64,000 nt of DNA from positions 32,001-96,000 of the forward strand of contig JBDKUN010000062.1 of NCBI GenBank assembly GCA_039679675.1, written 5' to 3'. The stretch comes from Armatimonadota bacterium. GTDB lineage: Bacteria; Armatimonadota; UBA5829; DTLH01. Below the pieces are notes generated by a model. That model ran no database searches, was not told the origin of the DNA, and was given only the letters and a program-made list of their open reading frames with translations. This document shows, piece after piece, positions 47,403-57,477 of this stretch. The number at the start of each line of letters is the position of its first letter. Positions within the stretch are counted from its first letter, which is position 1. A program made the position numbers and the translations under genes.

Positions 47403-48887
47403 ATGACCCTTTGCAGTGTAAGGCCAAGCAGGTTAAGCCTGCTCATTACTGTCGTGCTTGTTTTCTGCGGAATCTCATGCTTTGCCCAACCGACTGCCTC
47501 GACGGACCGCGTTCCCACTGAAAACTGGACATACAATGCTTTGATGCACCTCGCCGCAGGCGGACTCATTCCATCCGTTCCGGCCGAGCGGTTTATGGGC
47601 AACTGGCTCTACACCCGCGAGGATATGGCTGCCTTCACTCTGAGCGCGCTTAATGCTGCCGACGGGAAAGCTGCCGAAGCTGACAGAGCGCTTCTCTCCC
47701 GGCTTGCCGCCGAGTTTTCAGCAGAGATACGGCTGATTGGTGGAGAGGAGGCGCTTTCAAAGCTCCAACCGTATGCCGAAAGCCATGCAATTATCCCAAC
47801 CGGCTCTTTCGAACCGAGATTCGAATATTCGGACGGAGACAGCCACCTTACCGGCATTTACGACGGGACACTGATCGTAACAAGCGGCAAGTATGTTACG
47901 TGTGTCGCGACTCTTTCAAACCGGCGGGAAAAGCTCGATGGAGATCAGTTTTCAGACCTCGAAAAGTTCTTTATCAGAGGCAAGACACCGAACTGGGAAT
48001 GGGAAATAGGCAGGGACTACCAGTGGTGGGGACCGGGTTACAGCGGCTCGATGATCCTTTCCGACAACAGCCCGGCTTTCATGTATTTTCTGACAGCGAA
48101 AGATGTAGATTTCGGCCGCCGGATCGGCAATGTAAAGATAACACAGTTTATAGCTCCGTTCGAGGACAGAGGGATAAACTTCTATCTGCTCGCCAGGCGG
48201 TGGGAAAAGCGGTTTTCCAGACAGTTCCATTTCGCGATAAATGAGACCGCAAAGACAAGCAAGACCCCGAACCCGCTGGTCCTCGTTCTTCCGTCGCTGT
48301 ACCTCTACCAGCACATATTTGTCGATGATGTTGACGCAGAGTGGAACTCATTTCTATCCATCGATTCGCTTTACAAGTTCTCTCCCAGGTTCGAGGGATA
48401 CTTCGATTTTCTTGTGGATGACATGAACGCCCCTGCGGTACTACGTAACGGCAACTGGCATCGTCCGCGAAAGCTCGGTTTCCTCGTCGGGTCATATTGG
48501 CCGGATTTGCTGGGTGATGGCAGCACGGGACTCCGCGCTGAGTATATCTTTACAGATGAGGGGACCTATGGCGCAACCAGGCCCGAGTACTTTGAGCATG
48601 AATACACTCACAGCGGGCTTGTTATCGGGCATCCCGTAGGGCGAAACAGCAAGGCTTTATTCCTGAGGCTGGATCGGAAGTTTGCCGAAAGCTGGACTGG
48701 CGTGGCTGAGTATCTGGGCCGCACCCCGCGAGATAAGGAAGGCGTCAACTCAGATAATACCAGCAGCCTGGGCCTGCTCCTGGTCCACGATCTTAACGCC
48801 AGAAGCAGCATCAGCGCCGGTTATGAGTCACTTCGCCTGCCGGATAAAGAAAGCCAGCTTAACCTGAGCGCATCGGTCGCTTTTTAG
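47403..48887 (+). CDS. Capsule assembly Wzi-like outer-membrane protein
   Basis: GRDYQWWGPGYSGSMILSDNSP and IGHPVG motifs; C-terminal Phe; signal peptide. Confidence 0.75.
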   Translation: MTLCSVRPSRLSLLITVVLVFCGISCFAQPTASTDRVPTENWTYNALMHLAAGGLIPSVPAERFMGNWLYTREDMAAFTLSALNAADGKAAEADRALLSRLAAEFSAEIRLIGGEEALSKLQPYAESHAIIPTGSFEPRFEYSDGDSHLTGIYDGTLIVTSGKYVTCVATLSNRREKLDGDQFSDLEKFFIRGKTPNWEWEIGRDYQWWGPGYSGSMILSDNSPAFMYFLTAKDVDFGRRIGNVKITQFIAPFEDRGINFYLLARRWEKRFSRQFHFAINETAKTSKTPNPLVLVLPSLYLYQHIFVDDVDAEWNSFLSIDSLYKFSPRFEGYFDFLVDDMNAPAVLRNGNWHRPRKLGFLVGSYWPDLLGDGSTGLRAEYIFTDEGTYGATRPEYFEHEYTHSGLVIGHPVGRNSKALFLRLDRKFAESWTGVAEYLGRTPRDKEGVNSDNTSSLGLLLVHDLNARSSISAGYESLRLPDKESQLNLSASVAF

Positions 48888-48927
48888 CGGTTGCTGGCGT
48901 GTGGTAATTCTCCCCATGTAATTCATT

Positions 48928-49160
48928 TGCTTCGGACTGCTTGCTCTCGCATCATCTAAAGTTTCAGTTAATTGCACTGAAACTCTCCAAAGGATTTTCG
49001 GCTATGGCCGAAAATCCATAGATGATGCTGCCGCGACAGCGCTTTCTTCGAAAGCGCGATAGCTGCCGAAGCGTCCGCCTACGGCGGACAGAATTTGTAT
49101 CCTGCGGGAACGGAAGGTATGTATTTATCTGTTAACCCCGTTTTAGTTCCCGCAGGATAA
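48928..49160. repeat. Nested multi-hairpin intergenic element
   Basis: Outer GCTTCGG...CCGAAGC; GCATCATCTA...TAGATGATGC encloses two hairpins; further hairpins follow. Confidence 0.8.
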
Positions 49161-49179
49161 AGTAAAACAGGCGCAGCCG

Positions 49180-50508
49180 TTAACCGATCTGCAGCCGCTT
49201 TTTGATCTCCTCCGTCTGCTTCTCAAACCCCGGTTTGCCGAGAAGTGCGAACATGTGGCCTTTGTAGGCTTCGACACCTGGCTGGTTGAACGGGTTTACC
49301 CGCAGCAGATAACCGCTTATGGCGCAGGCCTTCTCGAAGAAGTAAAGCATTGCTCCAAGAGTTTCCTCATCAAGCTTAGGAAGCACGATTGACGAGTTCG
49401 GGACTCCGCCTTCGCGGTGTGCGAGTGCCGTCGCGCGGTAAGCTTCTTGGTTGACTTCGTGAACCTGCTTTCCGGCGAGGTAGTTCAGCCCGTCGGCATC
49501 ATTCAGCTCGTTCGGGATGATGAGATCGGGCTCGCCGCCTTCTATGTCGATGAACGTCTCGAAGATACTGCGCCGTCCTTCCTGTATCCACTGGCCCATC
49601 GAGTGCAGGTCCGTTGTGAAGTCCACTGATGCAGGGAATATCCCGATATTTTCCTTGCCTTCGCTCTCACCGAAGAGTTGTTTCCACCATTCGGTTATGT
49701 AATGCAGTCTGGGCTCGAAAGATGCCAGAATTTCTATACCTTTTCCCTTGTTGTAGAGCAGGTTTCTGAGGACTGCATAATAATATGCCGGGTTTGCCTT
49801 GAGATCGGCTGTTTTCAGCTCCTCAGCGCATTTCGCGGCTGATTCTAGGAGTGCTTTGATGTCTATCCCTGCGTATGCAATCGGCAAAAGCCCGACAGCG
49901 GAAAGCACGGAATAGCGGCCGCCTACGTCATCCGGGACTACGAAGGTCTCATAGCCCTGCTCGACCGCAAGGTTTCTGAGGGCACCTTTCTTCGCGTCGG
50001 TGGTCGCTGCGATCAGCTTCGCGGCCTTCTCTTTCCCGGCTTTTTCTTCGAGATAGTTTCGTAGAAGCCTGAAAGCTATTGCCGGTTCAGTTGTCGTTCC
50101 CGACTTGGATATGATGTTGATTGCAATCCGCTTGCCTTCCAGCTTGCTGAGCAGTTCCTTGTGGTAATGGGCTGATATATTCTGGCCTGCGAAGATAATT
50201 CTATCTTTGTCCGGGCCGCCTATAGCTTCTATCACCGCCCTCGCGCCTAAGTATGACCCGCCGATGCCGATGACCACCAGCACATCAGACCCAGCTCTAA
50301 GCCGTGCAGCAACCTGCGAGATTCTATCGACCTCTGCAGCGGGCATCATTATCTTGGGTTCCACCCATCCAAGGAAGTCCGAACCCGCGCCGGACCTGGT
50401 GTGAAGCATTTCATGACAGAAATCCACATGAGCCTGCCAGGAGTAGACTTCCTCAGGAGTCACCTCCTGGGCAAGGTAAGAAGTATCGAGTTTAATAGGA
50501 ATAGACAT
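49180..50508 (-). CDS. pgi: Glucose-6-phosphate isomerase
   Basis: [43 protein letters not shown]. Confidence 0.98.
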   Translation of the reverse strand: MSIPIKLDTSYLAQEVTPEEVYSWQAHVDFCHEMLHTRSGAGSDFLGWVEPKIMMPAAEVDRISQVAARLRAGSDVLVVIGIGGSYLGARAVIEAIGGPDKDRIIFAGQNISAHYHKELLSKLEGKRIAINIISKSGTTTEPAIAFRLLRNYLEEKAGKEKAAKLIAATTDAKKGALRNLAVEQGYETFVVPDDVGGRYSVLSAVGLLPIAYAGIDIKALLESAAKCAEELKTADLKANPAYYYAVLRNLLYNKGKGIEILASFEPRLHYITEWWKQLFGESEGKENIGIFPASVDFTTDLHSMGQWIQEGRRSIFETFIDIEGGEPDLIIPNELNDADGLNYLAGKQVHEVNQEAYRATALAHREGGVPNSSIVLPKLDEETLGAMLYFFEKACAISGYLLRVNPFNQPGVEAYKGHMFALLGKPGFEKQTEEIKKRLQIG

Positions 50509-50687
50509 AATGACCTCCGATCTTCCATAAAATATCCCTCCAAGTTTAGCCTAAGAAGGGGGCAAAGGACAAGCCAAAATATGTCTGTCTGCAATCCTCA
50601 TAATTATGCTACAATTCAGACATCGTTGTTCGGGGGTTGAGCAGCCCGATGCAGCAAATCATAATGTTTATTAAAGTGGAGGAATGT

Positions 50688-51233
50688 ATGAACAGGAACG
50701 GAAAGGCAGTAACAGGTATTATTCTAGCTGTAGTAATTATAGCTGCTGCAGCAGTGGCGGGTTTTATATATTACAATAAAACGAAACCAAAACCCTGGAC
50801 TTGTCCTGAAGGGCGGTTCTCGGTAGCTTTTTCGGGCGACCATCGTATTACGACAATGTTCAATAATAAAATTTATAATGCAATGATACCTGTCTACTGC
50901 ATTACTCAAACGAATGATGACGGATATTGCTATAAAGCCAAATATTGGGATTTTCCGGCACAGTGGCTGCAAACAGCCGGCAATGAGAACCTCATGAAGA
51001 CCATGACACAGGTTGTTCTGATGGAAGACCAGGGCTCGGTCACATCCACAACGGATGCTGTCTATTCAGGATATCCATGTAAGGAATTGGTAATACAATG
51101 CGGAACGAACGAATGTGCCTGGGTAAGGATGTTTCTTGTTAATGGCCGTTCTTATGCCGTGATTGTTACGGGATCTGGTAGTGAGCTTAGCTCTGATGGC
51201 CGCAAATTCCTCGACTCATTCAAAATCAACTGA
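50688..51233 (+). CDS. Membrane-anchored hypothetical protein (PsbP-like fold possible)
   Basis: N-terminal TM; ends KFLDSFKI. Confidence 0.65.
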   Translation: MNRNGKAVTGIILAVVIIAAAAVAGFIYYNKTKPKPWTCPEGRFSVAFSGDHRITTMFNNKIYNAMIPVYCITQTNDDGYCYKAKYWDFPAQWLQTAGNENLMKTMTQVVLMEDQGSVTSTTDAVYSGYPCKELVIQCGTNECAWVRMFLVNGRSYAVIVTGSGSELSSDGRKFLDSFKIN

Positions 51234-51319
51234 TAGGGAATATCCAAATGTAGTACAATGAAGGGCATTTCCGCAGTTTATCTGCTGCGAGAAGACTTTT
51301 TGCAATGAGGAGGCATTCC

Positions 51320-51790
51320 ATGAAAGTAGTTATCGAACGGGCGCTAGAAAAAGACGCAGACGAGTTAATGGAAGCCCAAAACGCGGCTTTTAAGAGAGAT
51401 TTTCTTAATTACGGAGAGTGCCCTTCATACATCACTGAGCGCGGGACGATGGTCGAGAAGATCAGGAAGGCGATATTTTATAAAATCTCGCTCGCAGACG
51501 GCAAAATCGTCGGAGGGATAGAGATATATCCCAGAAACGGCTTCCATTACCACCTCTATATGATCTGCGTCCACCCGGATTACCAGAACAAGGGAATCGG
51601 GAGAGACGCAATCGAGTTCATGCTATCCAAACACCCGGAAGCAATAATCTGGTCGCTTGCCACACCTAAAGATAATCCGCAAACCCGGCATTTGTATGAA
51701 AAAGTGGGTTTCGTTAAATCAGCAGAGATCGCATCGCCGGGAGGCGTCGCACTCGTAATATACGAACTGCTAAACAAAAACGCCCGCTGA
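51320..51790 (+). CDS. GNAT acetyltransferase
   Basis: VHPDYQNKGIG and N....HLYEKVGF motifs. Confidence 0.9.
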   Translation: MKVVIERALEKDADELMEAQNAAFKRDFLNYGECPSYITERGTMVEKIRKAIFYKISLADGKIVGGIEIYPRNGFHYHLYMICVHPDYQNKGIGRDAIEFMLSKHPEAIIWSLATPKDNPQTRHLYEKVGFVKSAEIASPGGVALVIYELLNKNAR

Positions 51791-51817
51791 ACCCGTGCGG
51801 AATAATGATAAATCTAT

Positions 51818-52456
51818 CTAGCGTTGAGTCAGCACTTTGGCAACTGCTTCTCCAAGCAGGGCATAGCCTTCTGCTTTATAGTGGCATCCATCGCCAGCGC
51901 TGAGTTCCGGCCGTCCTGCAACGATGCTGTTCAGGTCGTTTATAGGAATATTGTATTTTTGCATAATGCCTGCTGCCAGTGCGTTGCGGCGCAGCACAAG
52001 GGCGTTATTTTCTGTATCAGGTGTCGATGGATCACCCGGCGTTGTAACCGGTGTGGAACTGGCCCAGACCAGCTTCGCACCGTGTCCGTATTGTATCAGT
52101 AATTGAACCATGTGCTCCAGAAAATAAGCATACACATCATCAGGAATATGAGAACCATGGAGGCCGTTATTAAAATGGATGGCTTCATATTGGTATTCAC
52201 TGAGCATATAATTGATCTCTTTGAAGAGAGCCGGATCATTTATGCTTCTTGAATTCGCTAACCGGTCTACATGGAATATGTCTTTTAGCCGATCGATCAC
52301 TGGTTGAGTGTATCCGACTGATATCGAATCCCCGATCAGCAAGACCCTTTTCAAGTCGGCATCGTCTGCATGGTCCCACCAGATATTCGACCATTCGTAT
52401 TCTTCACGCATAATAGCGTTTTGCTGCATCATTTTCTCCAATTCCCATTCGTGCAA
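51818..52456 (-). CDS. SGNH/GDSL hydrolase
   Basis: LIGDSIS, FNNGLH, DGCH. Confidence 0.88.
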   Translation of the reverse strand: MHEWELEKMMQQNAIMREEYEWSNIWWDHADDADLKRVLLIGDSISVGYTQPVIDRLKDIFHVDRLANSRSINDPALFKEINYMLSEYQYEAIHFNNGLHGSHIPDDVYAYFLEHMVQLLIQYGHGAKLVWASSTPVTTPGDPSTPDTENNALVLRRNALAAGIMQKYNIPINDLNSIVAGRPELSAGDGCHYKAEGYALLGEAVAKVLTQR

Positions 52457-52468
52457 TTCGAAAGGCTC

Positions 52469-52885
52469 TTACCTCGCCCATTTTACTTTGCAGAACCGCT
52501 CTTCTTCAAGTGTTTTGAACCGTTCGCGGTTTGTCAGGACGGGGATTTTCATATATTTAGCGAGTGCTGCGGATGATGCGGCTGCGGGAGCCAATCCCGA
52601 TCTATCATAAGCATCAGCAATCATAAGTAGAAACTTTTGGGATGCATATCGGTCGAACCGGCGCTGCTCTACGATCTCGATGCACTCATGCGTATACAAC
52701 CATCCCACCCACTGCTCTGCAAGCTTTGCCCCGCACCCGGCAGTTGCAAGGCAGGCGAACTCAGTGACGGACGCAAGCGTCATATAGCACTTGTGCTCAT
52801 CCAGCGCTGCTTCGACGTGTTTTCTTAGTAGGGGATCATTGAGAGGTATACCTGCGGCGGCTGCGCCATCCAGGACTATAGCCAT
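52469..52885 (-). CDS. PIN/VapC-like protein with degenerate active site
   Basis: IVLD start, SVTEF, AALAK....PVLT..ERF pattern; later acidic residues missing. Confidence 0.6.
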   Translation of the reverse strand: MAIVLDGAAAAGIPLNDPLLRKHVEAALDEHKCYMTLASVTEFACLATAGCGAKLAEQWVGWLYTHECIEIVEQRRFDRYASQKFLLMIADAYDRSGLAPAAASSAALAKYMKIPVLTNRERFKTLEEERFCKVKWAR

Positions 52886-52886
52886 A

Positions 52887-53204
52887 TTATAGCGCTCCGG
52901 CGTTGAAACGCCCGGCTTCTTCCCTTGCTTCAGCGTCACGCATTACATAGCTGTAAGTATCTTCTGTTACGCCTGCTTTGGCACCTTCCGTAAGGAGACG
53001 CTCCATAAGGTGCTTACTTTCTGTACGTGAAATTTTCGCCTGGACTGGTGGAACGGCAAGTTCCTGCACTGCGCCTTCCATTATAAGGTAACGCTGCCCA
53101 ACTTTGGTTGCTTGGAGCCTGCCTCGTTTTATCCAGTTTCGTACTGTATATTTGCTGTGCCGCAGCATCGCTGCAGCTTCATCAACCGTCAGCATCCTTT
53201 GCAT
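52887..53204 (-). CDS. Excisionase-type HTH (HTH_17) protein, putative antitoxin
   Basis: LTVDEAAAML......VRNWIKRGRLQATKVG..YLI. Confidence 0.85.
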   Translation of the reverse strand: MQRMLTVDEAAAMLRHSKYTVRNWIKRGRLQATKVGQRYLIMEGAVQELAVPPVQAKISRTESKHLMERLLTEGAKAGVTEDTYSYVMRDAEAREEAGRFNAGAL

Positions 53205-53392
53205 AGCGTATCACCTAATGAGTTTCGAGTTATACCTGAAACTCCCCGGAAGATTATCGGCTATAGCCTAATTGATTATACCATGATTGTTTGTTTATTG
53301 TTCCACTCACTTGTAGTTGTTTGTAGCTACTTGTCGCTTTTGCAATATCTTATGCTTAGGGACCGCAGTTCGTCCCGAAGCGCAATTCTTCA

Positions 53393-53887
53393 CTACTTGC
53401 AGCTGTTTGCAAGTTTCAGAGTGTATTTTCGGGCAAGCCAGAGCGGGATTATCCCGAATACGCCGAATGAACAGTCTACGAGCCGCCAGTAGAACGGGAT
53501 TCCTCTTATCGGGCCGCAGATCATCGCAAGCGGGATGATGAGCACGCAGGCGATCATCCCGAACTCTATCACCCAGATGTTTCTAATAGGGTCCTTAATA
53601 GCGCCAAAGAACGCGATGGCGATCATCAAATGCCCGAACGCCAGCCAGTCGGTCCCGTAAGAGAGAAACGGGTACTTTGCGTTGGTTTCCGTGAGACCGT
53701 CCCGCACGGTGACGATCCAGTGTGTAAGCCCAGTCGTAGTTTCTGGCGCAGCGCTGTCGGATGCGCCGAGAATGCGGGCAAATGTCGACACTTCCCACTG
53801 TAGGGGAAATGCCGTCAAGCCGCTTAGGACAAGCCCGATAGTAAACGCTACAAGCAGAACCCTGATACGGCCCTCAAGTGTCATCAT
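53393..53887 (-). CDS. Conserved membrane protein
   Basis: YGTDWLAFGHL..A..F.G...DP.RNIWV motif; several TM segments. Confidence 0.75.
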   Translation of the reverse strand: MMTLEGRIRVLLVAFTIGLVLSGLTAFPLQWEVSTFARILGASDSAAPETTTGLTHWIVTVRDGLTETNAKYPFLSYGTDWLAFGHLMIAIAFFGAIKDPIRNIWVIEFGMIACVLIIPLAMICGPIRGIPFYWRLVDCSFGVFGIIPLWLARKYTLKLANSCK

Positions 53888-54822
53888 ATGGTCTCGTTGA
53901 TAAAGTATTTGTAGGTCATCTTGAGCCCTTCCTCAAAATCGACCTTGCAGGTGAACCCCATAAGTTCGCGGGCGAGTGAAATATCCCCGACCGAGCGGAC
54001 GATGTCGCCTACTCTCGGCGGGCCGTAAGAGACGGTGACTTTTTGTCCTATCAGCCGTTCCAGCATCTCAAGAAGCTGGCTCAGACTGATCTCAACACCG
54101 CTTCCGATGTTCATCACCCGTCCAACTGCTTTGTCCGACCGGCAGGCAAGGAGGTTTGCATCGACCACATTCTCTACAAAGATGAAGTCGCGCGTCTGTT
54201 TCCCGTCCCCGTATACGGTCGGGGCAAGTCCGTTCACGATTGCGTGTGTGAACTTGGGTATAACTGCCGCATAGGCCGAATCAGGGCGCTGACCGGGCCC
54301 GAACACGTTCAAATATCTTAGGGCGACGGTCGGCAGGCCGTAAAGCTCGTAAAAAGCCTTGCAGTAATGTTCCCCGGCGAGCTTAGTGATCGCATAAGGC
54401 GAGAGCGGGGATGGCAGGCTGCTTTCCTTTAGAGGCAAGTCCCGGTTGTCACCGTAGATAGCGCAGGATGATGAAAGCACAACCCGCTTAACACCGGTGT
54501 CTCGTGCGGCAAGAAGCACGTTCAGCGTCCCGCCTGAGTTTACTTCTTCGTTCATTACCGGCTTCTCCACCGAAACAGGCACGGAGATCTGTGCTGCAAG
54601 GTGGAGCACATAGTCCGCTCCATGAATGGCCGAAGAGACTATTTCACGGTCTCGTACATCGCCCTCGATTATCGTGACTCTTTCGGGAAGCCCTATAAGA
54701 TTTTTTTTGCTGCCGGTGCTGAAGTTGTCCAGCACCCTTACAAAGTGTCCTTCTTCTGCCAGTCTTCTTACGATGTGTGAGCCGATGAACCCGGCTCCGC
54801 CAGTAACGGTATAAACAGCCAA
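53884..54822 (-). CDS. NAD-dependent nucleotide-sugar epimerase/dehydratase
   Basis: TGGAGFIGSH, YAITK, GDGKQTRDF. Confidence 0.93.
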   Translation of the reverse strand: MAVYTVTGGAGFIGSHIVRRLAEEGHFVRVLDNFSTGSKKNLIGLPERVTIIEGDVRDREIVSSAIHGADYVLHLAAQISVPVSVEKPVMNEEVNSGGTLNVLLAARDTGVKRVVLSSSCAIYGDNRDLPLKESSLPSPLSPYAITKLAGEHYCKAFYELYGLPTVALRYLNVFGPGQRPDSAYAAVIPKFTHAIVNGLAPTVYGDGKQTRDFIFVENVVDANLLACRSDKAVGRVMNIGSGVEISLSQLLEMLERLIGQKVTVSYGPPRVGDIVRSVGDISLARELMGFTCKVDFEEGLKMTYKYFINETI

Positions 54823-54986
54823 AACAGTATCTCCTCAGAAATTTTCACTTCCAGAGTATCATTCCACAGTTCAATCGTCAAACGTCAGTTGCGCCTGTTT
54901 ACTGCTCGTATGTTATAATAAGCAGGCTTTATTTACCAAAAATGGTTTCAGACCGCACCTGAAACTTTCCCCAAAAGGAGCAGCAA

Positions 54987-55742
54987 ATGACTGATACATC
55001 GGTCCTTACAGAGCTTGTAAGGATGTCTCTTAATCTGGCAAAACCGGAAAATGAATATGTAATACTTGGTGAAGGCAATACTTCGGCCAAGGTAGATGAG
55101 AATACTTTCTTCGTTAAGCAGACGGGAGCATATCTCTCCGAAAGCCGCCCTGAGATATTCGTCGAGATACGGACCAAAGACGTGCTCGATATGTTCGAGT
55201 GCGGTGAACTCTCCGATGTGGAGATAAAAGATAGGCTGGGAGCCGCAAGAGTCAACCAGAACGCCCCCAGGCCGTCAATTGAGACGCTGTTTCATGCGTA
55301 TTTACTCTCCTTGCCGAACGTAAACTTCGTAGGACACACCCACCCGATAGCCGTCAACACCCTCCTTTGCTCAAATGCCGCCGAAGACATCATAAAGAGC
55401 AGGATTTTCCCCGACGAGATAGTCTACTGCGGGATTAAGCCTGTGTTTATGCCCTATGTTGACCCGGGAGTCACCCTTGCGAAGGCCGTGCAGAAGGCTG
55501 TAGTCAAGTTTATGGATGAGGAAGGGGTAATCCCGAAGGTCGTCCTTATGCAGAACCACGGGTTTATCGCGCTCGGCGCTACGGCGAAGGAAGTCGAAGC
55601 GATTACGGCGATGTATGTAAAGACTGCCAGGGTCCTTGCCGGGGCGTACGTCCTTGGAGGAGTCCATTACCTCTCCGATTCAAACATCGAGAGAATCTAT
55701 ACCAGGCCGGACGAGGCCTACAGAAAGCAAAATTTGCATTAG
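54987..55742 (+). CDS. Class II aldolase/adducin family (probable rhamnulose-1-phosphate aldolase)
   Basis: GEGNTSAK, RPSIET..H, HTHP, NHG; lies next to rhamnose isomerase. Confidence 0.8.
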   Translation: MTDTSVLTELVRMSLNLAKPENEYVILGEGNTSAKVDENTFFVKQTGAYLSESRPEIFVEIRTKDVLDMFECGELSDVEIKDRLGAARVNQNAPRPSIETLFHAYLLSLPNVNFVGHTHPIAVNTLLCSNAAEDIIKSRIFPDEIVYCGIKPVFMPYVDPGVTLAKAVQKAVVKFMDEEGVIPKVVLMQNHGFIALGATAKEVEAITAMYVKTARVLAGAYVLGGVHYLSDSNIERIYTRPDEAYRKQNLH

Positions 55743-55773
55743 TTCGTTACAATGTCATTCTGGACTACCACAA

Positions 55774-56100
55774 CGTCATGCTGAACTTGATTCAGCATCC
55801 AGGAAAGCTATATGTATGTCTACATAATGGCGAGTAAGAAGAACGGCACGTTGTACATTGGTGTTACCAACGACATCGAGCGAAGAGCTGCGGAGCATAA
55901 AGCTGAACTGATTCCTGGCTTCACAGAAAAGTATGGAGTTAGTATCCTTGTGTGGTTTGAGGAGTTCCAGGGGATAAAGGAAGCTATCGAAAGAGAGAAG
56001 CAACTTAAGAACTGGCGGAGAGCCTGGAAGGTAGCTCTTATTGAGAAGACTAACCCTGATTGGAAGGATTTAATGGACCCTGAATCAAGTTCAGGGTGAC
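55774..56100. mobile_element. GIY-YIG gene flanked by inverted CGTC-type palindromes
   Basis: CGTCATGCTGAACTTGATTCAGCATCC (55774-55800) and GGACCCTGAATCAAGTTCAGGGTGAC (56075-56100). Confidence 0.6.
55812..56099 (+). CDS. Small GIY-YIG nuclease
   Basis: YVYIMAS..NGTLYIGVTND..RR..EH; AIEREKQLK.W.RAWK..LIE..NPDW.DL. Confidence 0.92.
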   Translation: MYVYIMASKKNGTLYIGVTNDIERRAAEHKAELIPGFTEKYGVSILVWFEEFQGIKEAIEREKQLKNWRRAWKVALIEKTNPDWKDLMDPESSSG

Positions 56101-56216
56101 TTGGTTGTTGTGTAGAGTGATGTGTTTTATTCGGAGTGACATATTTGTCCGTTCAAGATGATATTTAATTCTCTTTTAGAATAATATCGAATTAAAATCT
56201 ATTCAGGAGCAAGATT

Positions 56217-57455
56217 ATGTCGAGTAACTGGAAAACTGAATATGACCTCCTGGCCGGAAAGCTGGCCGCAAGAGGGGTAGATGTAGAAAAAGTAAAAGCA
56301 AGACTGAAATCCCAGCAGATAGAGACCCCGAGCTGGGGTTACGCGGACTCCGGGACGAGGTTCGGGCCTTATAAACAGGCCGGGTCGGCAGTAACCATAG
56401 AAGAGAAGATCGCGGATGCCGCGCAGGTGCACAAATACACCGGTATAGCTCCGGGCGTGGCCGTTCACGTCCTCTGGGACTTCCCGAACGGGCTCGCGGA
56501 TGCCGATTCTCTGGCAAGCTATGCCAAATCGCTCGGAGTTGCGATAGGCGCGATCAACCCGAACGTCTTTCAGGACAGGGAATATGCCTTCGGAAGCATC
56601 ACTAACGAGAACCCTAAGGTCCGCGAGATGGCCGTAGCCCACATGATCGACTGCGTGGAGATCGGCAAGAAGCTCGGATCGAAGACTCTCTCGCTCTGGT
56701 TCGCGGACGGGACCGATTATCCGGGGCAGGGGGACTTCAGAAGAAGAAAAAAATACGCTGAAGAGTCCTTGAAGAGGGTCTACGCCGCCATGCCGGAAGA
56801 CATGCGGATGCTGATCGAATACAAGCCCTTCGAGCCAGCCTTCTACCACACCGATTTCGGCGACTGGGGGATGAGCTACAGCTTTGCGAACAAGTGCGGC
56901 CCGAACGCCCACGTGCTCGTAGACCTGGGGCATCACTTCACCGGCCAGAACATAGAGCATCTGGTGTCGTTCCTGATAGATGAGGAGCGGCTGGGCGGTT
57001 TCCACTTTAACAACCACAGATATGCCGATGACGACCTGACCGCAGGTTCCGTGAACCCTTATGAGCTCTTCCTGATATATAACGAGATCGTGAAGGCGGA
57101 AGATGCCCCTAACGGCAACCCGCCGATAGCTTATATGGTGGACCAGGCGTTCGTAACCAAGTCGAAGATCGACGCGATGATCCAGACGATAATGAACATC
57201 CAGCGGGCTTACGCAAAGTCGATGTGCGTGGACAGAGCAAAGCTCTACAAGTCGCAGTTGGCTGACGATATAGTGACGGCTGAGGACTGCCTGCAGGATG
57301 CGTTTAATACTGACGTTGAGCCTCTCCTCCGCATAGTGAGAGAAGAGATGGGGCTCGACCCCGACCCGCTCGAAGCGTTCAGAGCGAGCGGCTATTGGGC
57401 GAAAGTCAGCAAGGAAAGAGGCGTAAGAACAGGATCAGGCGGCATCGGAGCCTGA
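56217..57455 (+). CDS. rhaI: L-rhamnose isomerase (RhaI type)
   Basis: ETPSWGYADSGTRF, WFADGTDYPGQ, EYKPFEPAFYHTD, YADDDL. Confidence 0.9.
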   Translation: MSSNWKTEYDLLAGKLAARGVDVEKVKARLKSQQIETPSWGYADSGTRFGPYKQAGSAVTIEEKIADAAQVHKYTGIAPGVAVHVLWDFPNGLADADSLASYAKSLGVAIGAINPNVFQDREYAFGSITNENPKVREMAVAHMIDCVEIGKKLGSKTLSLWFADGTDYPGQGDFRRRKKYAEESLKRVYAAMPEDMRMLIEYKPFEPAFYHTDFGDWGMSYSFANKCGPNAHVLVDLGHHFTGQNIEHLVSFLIDEERLGGFHFNNHRYADDDLTAGSVNPYELFLIYNEIVKAEDAPNGNPPIAYMVDQAFVTKSKIDAMIQTIMNIQRAYAKSMCVDRAKLYKSQLADDIVTAEDCLQDAFNTDVEPLLRIVREEMGLDPDPLEAFRASGYWAKVSKERGVRTGSGGIGA

Positions 57456-57477
57456 TTAGAATAGGAGGGCCGGCACA

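Noticed and set aside
52887..53204. Prophage or ICE excisionase
   Set aside because: No integrase or phage genes nearby; the toxin-antitoxin-like pairing explains it better.
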